Positions 37,374 to 47,116 of a stretch of DNA of 64,000 bases are shown here, in pieces. The translations under genes and the position numbers were made by a program. Numbering within the stretch: the stretch's first letter is position 1; each line of letters begins with the position of its first letter. Below the pieces are notes generated by a model. That model was not told the DNA's origin and did no database searches. It saw nothing but the letters and a program-made list of their open reading frames with translations. Location of the stretch: contig JANMUI010000779.1 of assembly GCA_031391405.1 (NCBI GenBank), positions 2,127 through 66,126 on the forward strand. Direction: 5' to 3'. This DNA is from Betaproteobacteria bacterium (GTDB taxonomy: Bacteria; Pseudomonadota; Gammaproteobacteria; Burkholderiales; SG8-39).

Positions 37374-37820
37374 ATGTCCCTTAAAGCCCGCATGACCGAC
37401 GACATGAAGTCCGCCATGAAGGCGAAGGATGCGCCGCGGCTATCCGCCATCCGTCTCCTTCTTGCAGCGCTCAAACAAAAAGAGGTGGATGAGCGCGTCG
37501 AGCTCACCGACGCCGATGTCCTCGGGATCATCGATAAAATGCTCAAGCAGCGCCGCGATTCGATCGCTCAATACCAGGCGGCAGGGCGCCAGGATCTTGC
37601 AGATGTCGAGGCATTCGAGATCGAGGTTCTGACTACATATATGCCCCAGCAACTTTCCGACGCTGAGGTTGCGCAGTCTATCGCCGACGCAATCGCTGAA
37701 ACCGGCGCTCAGGGCGCGAAAGACATCGGCAAGGTCATGACATTGCTCAAGCCCCGGCTCGCCGGCAAGGCTGATCTGGCGAAGGTATCCGGGCTCGTCA
37801 GGGCGAAGCTCGCGGGCTGA
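37374..37820 (+). CDS. GatB/YqeY domain protein
   Basis: ATG at 37374. N-terminus is MSLKARMTDDMKSAMKAKD, with LRLLLAALKQKEVD following. It sits in the conserved position between rpsU and dnaG. Confidence 0.85.
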   Translation: MSLKARMTDDMKSAMKAKDAPRLSAIRLLLAALKQKEVDERVELTDADVLGIIDKMLKQRRDSIAQYQAAGRQDLADVEAFEIEVLTTYMPQQLSDAEVAQSIADAIAETGAQGAKDIGKVMTLLKPRLAGKADLAKVSGLVRAKLAG

Positions 37821-37927
37821 ATCATGTTCCCCACAAGGAACTCCAAACCGAGTTCCTTGTGCGGCCACCGGCTTGCTAGACTCGTCGTTGTCACCGCGCA
37901 TCGCAGCCGACCGCGGCGGCCCGTAGG

Positions 37928-39796
37928 GTGTCTCAATCCCAAGATCAAACGTGTGGATGGATCCGATTGATCACGGAGTCGTTCAAGCAGGAACTCCTCG
38001 CGCGCGTCGACATCGTCGATGTGATCGATGCGCGCGTGCCGCTGAAAAAAGCGGGCGCTAACTACTCGGCACGTTGCCCATTCCACACGGAGAAGAGTCC
38101 GTCATTCTCGGTCAGTCCGACCAAGCAGTTCTATCACTGCTTCGGCTGCGGCGTGCACGGCAATGTCATCGGCTTTCTGATGGAATATGCGGGACTCGGT
38201 TATGTTGAGGCGGTGAGAGAGCTCGCCGAGGGTGTCGGAATGAAGATGCCCGCCTTCGAGCCGAGGCCCGATTCACCGAAGACCGACGCGCCGGTGGCCG
38301 CTGACCTCTTCGAATTGATGGCCAAAGCGACACAGTTCTATCGAGACCAACTCAAGGTGAACAGCACCGCCATCGATTATTTGAAAGGCCGTGGGCTGAG
38401 CGGACCGATCGCGGCCCGCTTCGGGATCGGCTACGCGCCTGGGGGATCGCAGGCGCTGCGCACGGCCTTCCCCGAGTACGAAGCTAAGGGTCTCGTCGAG
38501 TGTGGCTTGGTCATCGAGGGGGAAGGCGGGCGGCGGTACGATCGATTTCGCGATCGCATCATGTTTCCGATCATCAATCAGCGCGGCCAGGTCGTCGGAT
38601 TCGGTGGCCGGGTCATTGGAGCGGGCGAGCCGAAGTACCTCAACTCTCCGGAAACCCCACTATTCGAAAAGCGGCGAGAACTGTACGGACTGCGCGAAGC
38701 CCGGGATGCGATCCGCAAGGAGGGCCGGGTCGTTGTGGTCGAAGGGTACATGGACGTGGTTGCCCTCGCGCAGCATGGCATCGGCAATGTCGTGGCCACC
38801 CTTGGGACCGCAACCACCCCGAATCATCTGCTCAAGTTGCTCCGACAAGCGGATGAAATAGTGTTTTGCTTCGACGGCGACGCGGCCGGCCGCAAGGCCG
38901 CGTGGCATGCGCTCGACGTGAGCCTCGGCTGTATCCCGGATGGAAAGACCATGCGCTTCCTGATGCTCTCAGCCGAGCACGATCCAGACAGTTTTGTGCG
39001 CGCCGAGGGCGCCGATGCCTTCCGCGCCATGACCGCCGCGGCCGCGCCTCTGTCGGAGTTTCTGACGAGCGAATTGGCCCGTCGGAGCCCGAATTCCACC
39101 GCGGAGGGGCGCTCGCGATTCGTAAATGAAGTCAAGCCGCTACTGCAAAAGATGGTCGCGCCTGTGCTTCAACTGCAACTCGTCCGGGAAGTTTCTCGTA
39201 TCGCCGAGATCTCGGAGCAGGACCTCGGCCGATTATTGGGAATGCAGACCGCCGCCGCACGGAACGGTCCGACCTTGCGGTCTGATGGTCCGCGTTGGCG
39301 ATCAGGGAACGACTCCAACCCGAACGAGCGCCCACGTGCCACGCTGATTCCTTTACGGCGGTTGGAACGCACCATATTGCAATGTGTCATGGCGCGTCCT
39401 GAACTTGCGGCGAGGGAAGTGTTCGAATATGAATCGAGCGACTACCCGGAGGGGCATGCCTTGGCGGCAGTGCTTGCATCATTGCGTGAGGATCCGGTAT
39501 CGACACAAGGTCTGATCGAGCGATTTCGGGACACGGAACATGCGCCCATCCTGGACGCGGTATGCGCGGACCTGCTGACCTTGAACCTTCCGGAAGACGA
39601 GATCGAGGCCCATCTCAAACACGCGCAAATGAAAGTCCAGCTCGAGCGGATCCAGGCCCGCCTGGTGGCCCTTACGGCGCCGGCGCAGACATCGACCGCC
39701 GCCGAACGATCTTCGCAAGGGGAACAAGTGCTTGATCTGCTGCAGCGGAAAGACGAGCTTCAGCGCGCCTTGAGAGGGAGTGATGGCATGATATAA
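37928..39796 (+). CDS. dnaG: DNA primase
   Basis: Zinc ribbon is CPFHTEKSPSFSVSPTKQFYHCFGCGVHGN; TOPRIM is VVVEGYMDVV. The ORF opens at GTG 37928. TTG at 37967 (xITESFKQELLARVDIVDVI) matches typical primase N-termini better. Confidence 0.93.
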   Translation: MSQSQDQTCGWIRLITESFKQELLARVDIVDVIDARVPLKKAGANYSARCPFHTEKSPSFSVSPTKQFYHCFGCGVHGNVIGFLMEYAGLGYVEAVRELAEGVGMKMPAFEPRPDSPKTDAPVAADLFELMAKATQFYRDQLKVNSTAIDYLKGRGLSGPIAARFGIGYAPGGSQALRTAFPEYEAKGLVECGLVIEGEGGRRYDRFRDRIMFPIINQRGQVVGFGGRVIGAGEPKYLNSPETPLFEKRRELYGLREARDAIRKEGRVVVVEGYMDVVALAQHGIGNVVATLGTATTPNHLLKLLRQADEIVFCFDGDAAGRKAAWHALDVSLGCIPDGKTMRFLMLSAEHDPDSFVRAEGADAFRAMTAAAAPLSEFLTSELARRSPNSTAEGRSRFVNEVKPLLQKMVAPVLQLQLVREVSRIAEISEQDLGRLLGMQTAAARNGPTLRSDGPRWRSGNDSNPNERPRATLIPLRRLERTILQCVMARPELAAREVFEYESSDYPEGHALAAVLASLREDPVSTQGLIERFRDTEHAPILDAVCADLLTLNLPEDEIEAHLKHAQMKVQLERIQARLVALTAPAQTSTAAERSSQGEQVLDLLQRKDELQRALRGSDGMI

Positions 39797-39856
39797 TTTG
39801 GGGTTATTTTCAGCGTTTCCCGTTTAACCGCGGTACGTCTCACTTCAGGAACGACG

Positions 39857-42214
39857 ATGGTCAAACCCAAGGCGAAATTGAAAGCGAAATCCGCCGCCGC
39901 CAAGAGGCCGGCACACACGCAGGCGAAGAAGACCAAACCCGCGCCCAAGCCGGTGAAGCGTGCCCAATCCAAGCCCGCCGCGAAGTCTCGCCCGCTAACG
40001 AAGGCGAAGGCGCCGAAGAAACCCGAGCTGTCGCGCGTCGCGAAAAAGCCCAAGGAACATCCGAAGCTTGCTGGCGTGAAGGTCAAAGCGCCGACCCAGC
40101 AAAAAATCAACAAGAAAGAAAAGACCAAGACTTCAGCCCATGAAGTGAAGGTTGAGAAATCCGTTTCCCAGGTCAAAGGCGCGCCGCAGGGCCGTGGCGA
40201 AAAGGCCCTTGCCCCTGTCAAGGCAACCGACAAGTCGGCCAAACCGGCGGTGGTTGTCATGAAGGATCGCGTGCGGGCGATCGCCGAGGAATTGGCGCGG
40301 GAAAAGGAAAAGAAGCGCAAGAGCAAAGGCGAGGATCGTCTCACTGCAGCGGAATTGAAACCCGAAGATACCGAGGCCCGCCGGACCCGCCTCAAGAACC
40401 TGATCAAGCTGGGCAAGGAGCGCGGGTTTCTGACCTACGCCGAGATCAACGATCATTTGCCCGATGACATGGTCGACGCCGAGCAGATCGAGTCGATCAT
40501 CACCACGTTCAACGACATGGGAATCCAGGTCTACGACGTCGCGCCCGATGCCGAGCAGCTGATCATCAATGAGAACGCCCCCGCCCCGGTATCCGACGAG
40601 GACGTCGAGGAGGAAGCCGAAGCCGCGCTGTCGACCGTCGATCCGGAATTCGGCCGCACCACGGATCCGGTGCGCATGTACATGCGCGAAATGGGCTCGG
40701 TCGAGCTGCTGACGCGTGAAGGCGAGATCGAAATCGCGAAACGGATCGAAGAAGGCCTGAAGCACATGATCCAGGCCATCTCGGCATGTCCCACCACGAT
40801 CACCGAGATCATCGAGCTCTGGGCCAAGGTCGATCGGGGTGACATGCGGATCGATGAGCTGGTCGACGGCCTGCACGATCCGAATGCCAAGGACGAAGCG
40901 GCTGCTGCGCTGGCCGAGGAAGAGGCCGACGCGGACGCCGATGACGCAGAAGAGGAAGAAGATGTCGATGATGGCGGCGCTGCGCTCGCCGCGAGCATGC
41001 TGCAGCTCAAGCAGGATTCCGCGCCGCATTTCGAGCGCATCGTCCGCCTGTCCGCAAAGCTCAAATCCGCGCTGACTACATACGGTCACAAGAGCAAGGA
41101 GTACGTCAAGGTCCGCGATCAGATCGGCCAGGAATTGATGGAAATTCGCTTCACCGCGCGGATCATCGAGCGGCTGTGCGATACCGTCCGTGGCATGGTC
41201 GATCAGGTACGTCGGCACGAGCGCTCGATCCTCGATTTCTGCGTCGAGAAAGCCCGCATGCCGCGGCCCCATTTCATCAAGGTGTTTCCGGGCAACGAGA
41301 CCAATCAGCGCTGGGTCCGCAACGAGATCGCCTCAGAGGCTCCCTATAGTACGGCGCTCATTCGGCTGGAGCCCAATATCCTCGAGCAGCAGCAAAAGCT
41401 AATGGACATCCAGCGCCACATCTCCATTCCGCTGCGCGAATTGAAGGACATCAACAAACAGATGTCCACCGGCGAGGCGAAGGCCCGGCGCGCCAAGCGC
41501 GAGATGACGGAGGCGAATCTGCGGCTGGTTATCTCGATCGCAAAGAAATACACCAATCGTGGACTGCAGTTCCTGGATCTCATCCAGGAGGGCAACATCG
41601 GATTGATGAAGGCGGTCGATAAGTTCGAGTACCGGCGTGGCTACAAATTCTCGACGTATGCGACCTGGTGGATTCGCCAGGCGATTACACGATCGATCGC
41701 GGATCAGGCACGCACCATCCGTATTCCGGTGCACATGATCGAGACCATCAACAAGATGAATCGCATTTCGCGGCAGATCCTCCAGGAAACCGGCCAGGAG
41801 CCCGATCCGGCGACCCTTGCCGTCAAGATGGAGATGCCCGAGGACAAGATCCGCAAGATCTTGAAGATCTCGAAGGAACCGATCTCGATGGAGACACCGA
41901 TCGGCGATGATGACGATTCACATCTTGGTGATTTTATCGAGGACACCTCCACCGTCGCGCCGAACGATGCGGCGATGTACTCATCGCTGCGCGACGTGAC
42001 GAAGGATGTGCTCGATTCGTTGACGCCACGTGAAGCGAAGGTGCTCAGAATGCGCTTCGGCATCGAGATGAATACCGATCACACGCTGGAAGAGGTGGGC
42101 AAGCAGTTTGATGTCACCCGCGAACGCATTCGTCAGATCGAGGCGAAGGCACTGCGCAAGTTGCGCCACCCTTCGCGTTCCGAGCGGCTCAAGAGCTTTC
42201 TAGATCAGAATTGA
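39857..42214 (+). CDS. rpoD: RNA polymerase sigma-70 factor RpoD with long Lys/Ala/Pro-rich N-terminal extension
   Basis: Region 2 contains [50 protein letters not shown]. Region 4 contains [34 protein letters not shown] lies upstream of the ATG. Confidence 0.97.
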   Translation: MVKPKAKLKAKSAAAKRPAHTQAKKTKPAPKPVKRAQSKPAAKSRPLTKAKAPKKPELSRVAKKPKEHPKLAGVKVKAPTQQKINKKEKTKTSAHEVKVEKSVSQVKGAPQGRGEKALAPVKATDKSAKPAVVVMKDRVRAIAEELAREKEKKRKSKGEDRLTAAELKPEDTEARRTRLKNLIKLGKERGFLTYAEINDHLPDDMVDAEQIESIITTFNDMGIQVYDVAPDAEQLIINENAPAPVSDEDVEEEAEAALSTVDPEFGRTTDPVRMYMREMGSVELLTREGEIEIAKRIEEGLKHMIQAISACPTTITEIIELWAKVDRGDMRIDELVDGLHDPNAKDEAAAALAEEEADADADDAEEEEDVDDGGAALAASMLQLKQDSAPHFERIVRLSAKLKSALTTYGHKSKEYVKVRDQIGQELMEIRFTARIIERLCDTVRGMVDQVRRHERSILDFCVEKARMPRPHFIKVFPGNETNQRWVRNEIASEAPYSTALIRLEPNILEQQQKLMDIQRHISIPLRELKDINKQMSTGEAKARRAKREMTEANLRLVISIAKKYTNRGLQFLDLIQEGNIGLMKAVDKFEYRRGYKFSTYATWWIRQAITRSIADQARTIRIPVHMIETINKMNRISRQILQETGQEPDPATLAVKMEMPEDKIRKILKISKEPISMETPIGDDDDSHLGDFIEDTSTVAPNDAAMYSSLRDVTKDVLDSLTPREAKVLRMRFGIEMNTDHTLEEVGKQFDVTRERIRQIEAKALRKLRHPSRSERLKSFLDQN

Positions 42215-42240
42215 GCCGGTAAGGATGGTGGAATGATGAG

Positions 42241-42270
42241 ACGCCCCGACGCTGGGGCGTTTCGTTTTTC
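42241..42270 (+). terminator. Rho-independent terminator after rpoD
   Basis: The stem is acgcccc / ggggcgt with loop gacgct, followed by ttcgtttttc. Confidence 0.7.
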
Positions 42271-42377
42271 TGCGCTGGACGACGTACGAAAAATGCAGCA
42301 GACGATCCGATGCCTCCCCGGCACTGCGACGCGATCGTGCAGGACCATCTCCGATTGGTGAAAGGACAGACCACGAC

Positions 42378-43751
42378 ATGACGAGCTTCGACTTCGATCT
42401 ATTTGTGATTGGAGCGGGATCAGGCGGCGTACGTGCCGCGCGCGTGGCGGCCGGGTTCGGCGCCCGCGTCGGCATCGCCGAGGACTATCGCGTCGGCGGG
42501 ACCTGTGTGATCCGCGGCTGTATTCCGAAGAAATTGCTCGTCTACGCGTCCCATTTCCATAAGGATTTCGAAGACGCGCGCGAGTATGGTTGGACCGTTG
42601 GTGCGCCCACCTTCTCATGGCCTCGGCTCATCGCCAACAAGAACAAGGAGATCGCGCGCCTCGAAGGCATTTACGGGCGGCTGCTCGATGGCTCGAAGGT
42701 CAAGCTTTACAAGGCGCGCGCGCGATGCATAGACGCGCATACGCTCACTGTCGGTGCCGAGCGCATCACCGCCAAGACGATACTGGTCGCAACGGGCGGG
42801 TGGCCTGTGATGCCCCGGCTGCCCGGCATCGAGCACTGCATCAGCTCCAACGAGGCGTTCGACCTTCCCGAGCTGCCGCGGCGCGTATTGATCGCGGGTG
42901 GTGGATACATCGCTGTCGAATTCGCGGGCATCTTTCGCGGGTTGGGTGCGGAGGTGACCTTGTCGTATCGCGGTGAGCAGGTCTTGCGCGGCTTCGACCA
43001 TGATGTGCGAACGACGCTGCAAGCCGAGCTGCGCAAGAAGGGGATGCATCTCGAAATGCCGACCGTCGTCTCGACGGTTGAGAAAAGCGCGAACGGATCG
43101 CTGATTGCGACATTGCGCAACGCGAACGACACGAAGCGGCTCGAATGTGATGCAGTGATGTTTGCCACGGGGCGCGCACCGAATACCGCGAATCTCGGTC
43201 TGCGCGAGCTCGGCGTCGTGCTCGACGACGAAGGCGGGATTCGCGTGGACGAGTTCTCCCGCACGAATATCGACAACATCTTCGCGGTTGGTGATGTCAC
43301 CCACCGATACGCATTGACGCCGGTCGCGATTCGCGAGGGCCAGGCCTTCGCGTTGACGGTGTTCGGAAACACGCCAACGCCGATCGATCACGAAACGATC
43401 CCGACTGCGGTATTCAGCCAACCCCCGGTTGGGACGGTTGGGCTCACCGAAGAAGCCGCGCTAAAGCGGCATGGCAGCGTGGACATCTACAAGACGGATT
43501 TCAAGGCGCTCAAACACACCTTGTCGGGCCGTGACGAACGAACGCTGATGAAGCTCATCGTCGAACCGAAAACCGGGCGTGTTCTCGGCGCGCATATGGT
43601 CGGAGCAGATGCGCCGGAGATCATTCAAGGCGTGGCAATCGCCGTCAAGGCGGGACTCACCAAGGCGCAGTTCGATGCGACTTGTGCGATCCATCCCTCC
43701 GCGGCGGAGGAATTCGTGACACTGAAGGAACAGCGAACGGTCACCGCTTGA
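42378..43751 (+). CDS. gor: Glutathione-disulfide reductase
   Basis: N-terminus is FDLFVIGAGSGGVRAAR; the redox-active site is GGTCVIRGCIPKK. Length is ~457 aa and the C-terminus carries HPSAAEEF. Confidence 0.88.
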   Translation: MTSFDFDLFVIGAGSGGVRAARVAAGFGARVGIAEDYRVGGTCVIRGCIPKKLLVYASHFHKDFEDAREYGWTVGAPTFSWPRLIANKNKEIARLEGIYGRLLDGSKVKLYKARARCIDAHTLTVGAERITAKTILVATGGWPVMPRLPGIEHCISSNEAFDLPELPRRVLIAGGGYIAVEFAGIFRGLGAEVTLSYRGEQVLRGFDHDVRTTLQAELRKKGMHLEMPTVVSTVEKSANGSLIATLRNANDTKRLECDAVMFATGRAPNTANLGLRELGVVLDDEGGIRVDEFSRTNIDNIFAVGDVTHRYALTPVAIREGQAFALTVFGNTPTPIDHETIPTAVFSQPPVGTVGLTEEAALKRHGSVDIYKTDFKALKHTLSGRDERTLMKLIVEPKTGRVLGAHMVGADAPEIIQGVAIAVKAGLTKAQFDATCAIHPSAAEEFVTLKEQRTVTA

Positions 43752-43798
43752 GCGTTGGGTATTCGCGGCGACCCCATGGCGGGGGCTTGGGAGGATCG

Positions 43799-44208
43799 AT
43801 GATGTGGTGTGCGACTAACCGTCATGGCGGTCCCAAGCGGGCTCAACTTGCGTCCAAGTTGATCGCGCTGTGCTTGGCTGCCGTCGCTCAAGCGTCCTGG
43901 TGCCAGGAATCGCAGTATCCAAACAAATCGATTCGTCTAGTCGTGGCGTTCGCGCCCGGTGGTATCGCCGACACGATAGCACGCGTGGTCGGCCAAAAAT
44001 TGAGTGACCGATTCGGGCATCCGATGATCGTCGAAAACCGCGCCGGCGCGGCGAGGCGCTCCGACTATCCGACGTCAAGGAGCGCCTCACCGCGACGGGA
44101 TTCGACCCTCATGCAACCAACGCGACCGATTTCGCCGCCTACGTGGCGAAAGAGGTCGATAAATGGGCACGCGTAATCAAAGCGACCGGATTCAAGCCGC
44201 AGCTTTGA
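43799..44208 (+). pseudogene. Bug-family (TctC-like) binding-protein remnant with large internal deletion and frameshift
   Basis: One frame encodes the N-terminus: signal peptide plus IRLVVAFAPGGIADTIARVVGQKLSDRFGHPMIVENRAGAA. From about 44050 another frame encodes only the extreme C-terminus, LSDVKERLTATGFDPHATNATDFAAYVAKEVDKWARVIKATGFKPQL, followed by a stop. About 200 central codons are missing. Confidence 0.7.
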
Positions 44209-44210
44209 GC

Positions 44211-45083
44211 TCAGGCGGCTATCGCGGCTTCCGACGGATTGACCATCGTTGCTACATTTTCGAGGCCGGCCTCATTGAGTCCAAGCTCCGCGCTGACCAG
44301 GGCTTTCCCGGCTTCCCACTCGCGGTGGGGCTCCCCGGTACTGTGAAGCGACTGAATCTGATCGGCAAGGATGCCGATGGCAATGAGGCGTGCGGAGGCT
44401 TGGGGCGGCTTCAAGAGACCCGATGCAATACTCGCCACGTCATGGTGATAGAGAATTGCTTGGCAGATCACGTCCGACAAATGCCAGCTTTGCGCCAGGA
44501 CCGCGCCGATCTTCGCGTGGTTGACGGGATAGCGAACGTCCTCTTCATCGGCGATCGTGGCTTCCGGTCGCACGCTCTCTCCGGTGAAGAGACCTGAGTA
44601 GTCGGAGTAATTGACGAGCATGACGGCCTGCCCGCAATCGCGAAACAGTCCAAACGTATTGGCGACGTGTCGATCGATCTGGATGAATGTCGGCGCGAGT
44701 GCAGCGCTGTATGTTGCCGCCCCGGCCGAGTTGCGCCAGAACGCTTCAATCAATTTGGATGAACTGACCGGAAAAGAGCGCTTGAGCAGCAAGCTCGAGA
44801 CGAGCATGGCGGTCGCTCGCATGCCTAACACTGAGAAGGCGTTCTGCACAGTACCCACTTTCGATTTCAATCCGAACATCGAAGAATTGGCGGTCTTCAG
44901 GACCGCACCGGCCAAGCCGGGATCAGACCCGATCAGATCCGAGAGCCGGCGCATGTCCGCATCGTCCTTCCTCATCTCCTGCATGAACTCGAGAACGATC
45001 TTGGGGCACGGCGGAATACCAATTTCCCGGACGATCTTCTCGGTTTCTGGGTCGATGCTGATCGGGGTAGTTTGCGTGGTCAT
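44211..45083 (-). CDS. HDOD-domain signalling protein
   Basis: ATG at 45083 has GGAG upstream. Characteristic block is LSDLIGSDPGLAGAVLKTANSSMFGLKSKVGTVQNAFSVLG, followed by a later HH-containing helix region. Confidence 0.85.
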   Translation of the reverse strand: MTTQTTPISIDPETEKIVREIGIPPCPKIVLEFMQEMRKDDADMRRLSDLIGSDPGLAGAVLKTANSSMFGLKSKVGTVQNAFSVLGMRATAMLVSSLLLKRSFPVSSSKLIEAFWRNSAGAATYSAALAPTFIQIDRHVANTFGLFRDCGQAVMLVNYSDYSGLFTGESVRPEATIADEEDVRYPVNHAKIGAVLAQSWHLSDVICQAILYHHDVASIASGLLKPPQASARLIAIGILADQIQSLHSTGEPHREWEAGKALVSAELGLNEAGLENVATMVNPSEAAIAA

Positions 45084-45520
45084 CGGTATCTCCAGGAGGC
45101 GGGTGAGATTCGGTTGGTCGAGAGCTCACCCACCGGTACCATCGGTCAGGAGACCGATCCGCTGAGATTCCCAGGATCGATCGGCGCCGAAGAATTAACG
45201 ATCGCGACCAATCAGAATCGCCACCGCATCCTGAGTCGGATCAGATCCCCGGGCGAATGGCCCAGACGCTTGATCGAGTCCTTGCATCTACCAGATTGAT
45301 TCGCCAAGGTCGGTCGAGTCATGAGACTACGAGTACGATTCCGTGTATAGTGCCGCCCCTGGACTATCAGTCGCGGCATCCGGTTAGCGCACCAAGTCCC
45401 ATCGCGGTTGTTCTCGCATCATTCTCGAACTCCCCCGAATAATCCACTCAGCAGTTTCGTCTGCCTGAACCGGTTCTGATGGCACCTTGTGCCATCGCAG
45501 GCTGATTTCAGGAGATCTTT

Positions 45521-46834
45521 TTGACTATTGCATTTGCAGACCTCGGTCTGTCGACCGAGCTTATGCGCGCCGTTTCCGAACAAGGTTACGCGCAACCCAC
45601 TCCCGTTCAAGCCAAAACTATTCCGATCGTTCTCGAAGGCCGTGATCTGCTCGCGGCCGCACAGACCGGTACGGGCAAGACCGCAGGATTCGCGCTACCG
45701 ATCCTGCACCGCCTCGCTGCAAATCCGATCCCGCGCACACCGAAGCGCATCCGAGCGCTCGTCCTGACGCCTACGCGCGAGCTCGCAGCCCAAGTCGAAT
45801 CCGCGTTCCGAGCCTACGGCAAGCACTCGCGTTTGCAATCCACCGCTGTGTTCGGCGGCGTGAGCATCGGCGGACAAATCCAGGCGCTGCGACGCGGTGT
45901 GGAAATCCTTGTTGCGACACCTGGACGACTGCTCGACCATGTCCAACAGCGGACGGTCGACTTGAGCAAGGTCGAGATCGTGGTGCTGGATGAAGCCGAT
46001 CGCATGCTCGACATGGGGTTCATCCACGACATGCGCCGAATCCTCAGCCTGTTGCCCAAAGAACGGCAATCGCTGCTTTTCTCGGCCACATTCACGTCGG
46101 AGATCCGTACGCTCGCCGGCTCGCTTCTCGCCAACCCTTCGGTAATCGAGATCGAGCGACGCCGTGATACGTCCGATTTGATCAAGCAGCGCGTTCATCC
46201 GGTTGCGGTCGGTCGCAAACGCGAGTTGCTCGCGCACCTTGTGACCGCAGGCGATTGGCGGCAGGTCCTTGTCTTCACCAAAACCAAGCACGGTGCAAAC
46301 CGCCTCGCGGAACAACTCGAGAAGCAAGGCATCGACGCTACTGCCATTCACGCCAACAAGAGCCAGTCGCAACGCACCAGGGCGCTCGATGAATTCAAGC
46401 GTGGGGACGTTCGTGTCCTTGTTGCAACCGATATCGCGGCGCGCGGACTGGATATCGAAGCCTTGCCCCATGTGGTCAATTTTGATCTGCCGAATGCACC
46501 CGAGGATTACGTTCACCGGATCGGGCGGACGGGACGCGCGGGCCTGTCAGGTGAGGCGATATCGTTCGTCGCGCCCGAAGAGCGCCGATTGCTTTCCGGG
46601 ATCGAAAGGTTGATGTCGCGGCGCATCGATAGCGAGATTATTCCCGGGTTCGAGGTGACTCACGAGGCGAGCACCGACCGCCGGCCGCAGATTCCGGCCA
46701 ATCGCCCGAATCAATCACGCAAGACGAGTCGTGGCGCCGATACCCGTACGCATCGCGGCCCAACGAACATAATTCGCGCTACCAAAGCAAAGGGAGTTAC
46801 TCATGGAAATCTTCGTCGGCAACCTCGCCCCTGA
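45521..46834 (+). CDS. rhlE: DEAD-box ATP-dependent RNA helicase (RhlE-like)
   Basis: TTG start at 45521 has AGGAG upstream. Q-motif region is FADLGLS...GYAQPTPVQ. Further motifs are [21 protein letters not shown] and [10 protein letters not shown]. Confidence 0.9.
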   Translation: MTIAFADLGLSTELMRAVSEQGYAQPTPVQAKTIPIVLEGRDLLAAAQTGTGKTAGFALPILHRLAANPIPRTPKRIRALVLTPTRELAAQVESAFRAYGKHSRLQSTAVFGGVSIGGQIQALRRGVEILVATPGRLLDHVQQRTVDLSKVEIVVLDEADRMLDMGFIHDMRRILSLLPKERQSLLFSATFTSEIRTLAGSLLANPSVIEIERRRDTSDLIKQRVHPVAVGRKRELLAHLVTAGDWRQVLVFTKTKHGANRLAEQLEKQGIDATAIHANKSQSQRTRALDEFKRGDVRVLVATDIAARGLDIEALPHVVNFDLPNAPEDYVHRIGRTGRAGLSGEAISFVAPEERRLLSGIERLMSRRIDSEIIPGFEVTHEASTDRRPQIPANRPNQSRKTSRGADTRTHRGPTNIIRATKAKGVTHGNLRRQPRP

Positions 46835-47072
46835 AGTCACCGAAGCCGAGTTGCTCGAGCTGTTCAAGGCGTTCGGACAGGTGAAATCCACCGAGATCAA
46901 GCGGGAAATGTTCACCGGCACGTCCAAGGGTTTCGGTTTCGTCGAGATGCCGGGCAAGTACCACTCGATCGCGGCGATCAACGCATTGAACGGCAAGGAT
47001 CTGCACGGGAAACCCTTGCGCGTGAACGAGGCACAGTCGCGAACCGGCGGGCGTCCACGCGGGAGGCGCTGA
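46803..47072 (+). CDS. RRM-type RNA-binding protein with RG-rich tail
   Basis: RNP-2 is IFVGNL and RNP-1 is KGFGFVEM. The tail is [16 protein letters not shown] lies upstream. The gene overlaps the rhlE 3' end by 32 nt. Confidence 0.85.
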   Translation: MEIFVGNLAPEVTEAELLELFKAFGQVKSTEIKREMFTGTSKGFGFVEMPGKYHSIAAINALNGKDLHGKPLRVNEAQSRTGGRPRGRR

Positions 47073-47116
47073 GCGATCGAATAGCGGCGGCTCGACCGAG
47101 ACCGCCCGCCCCAGAC

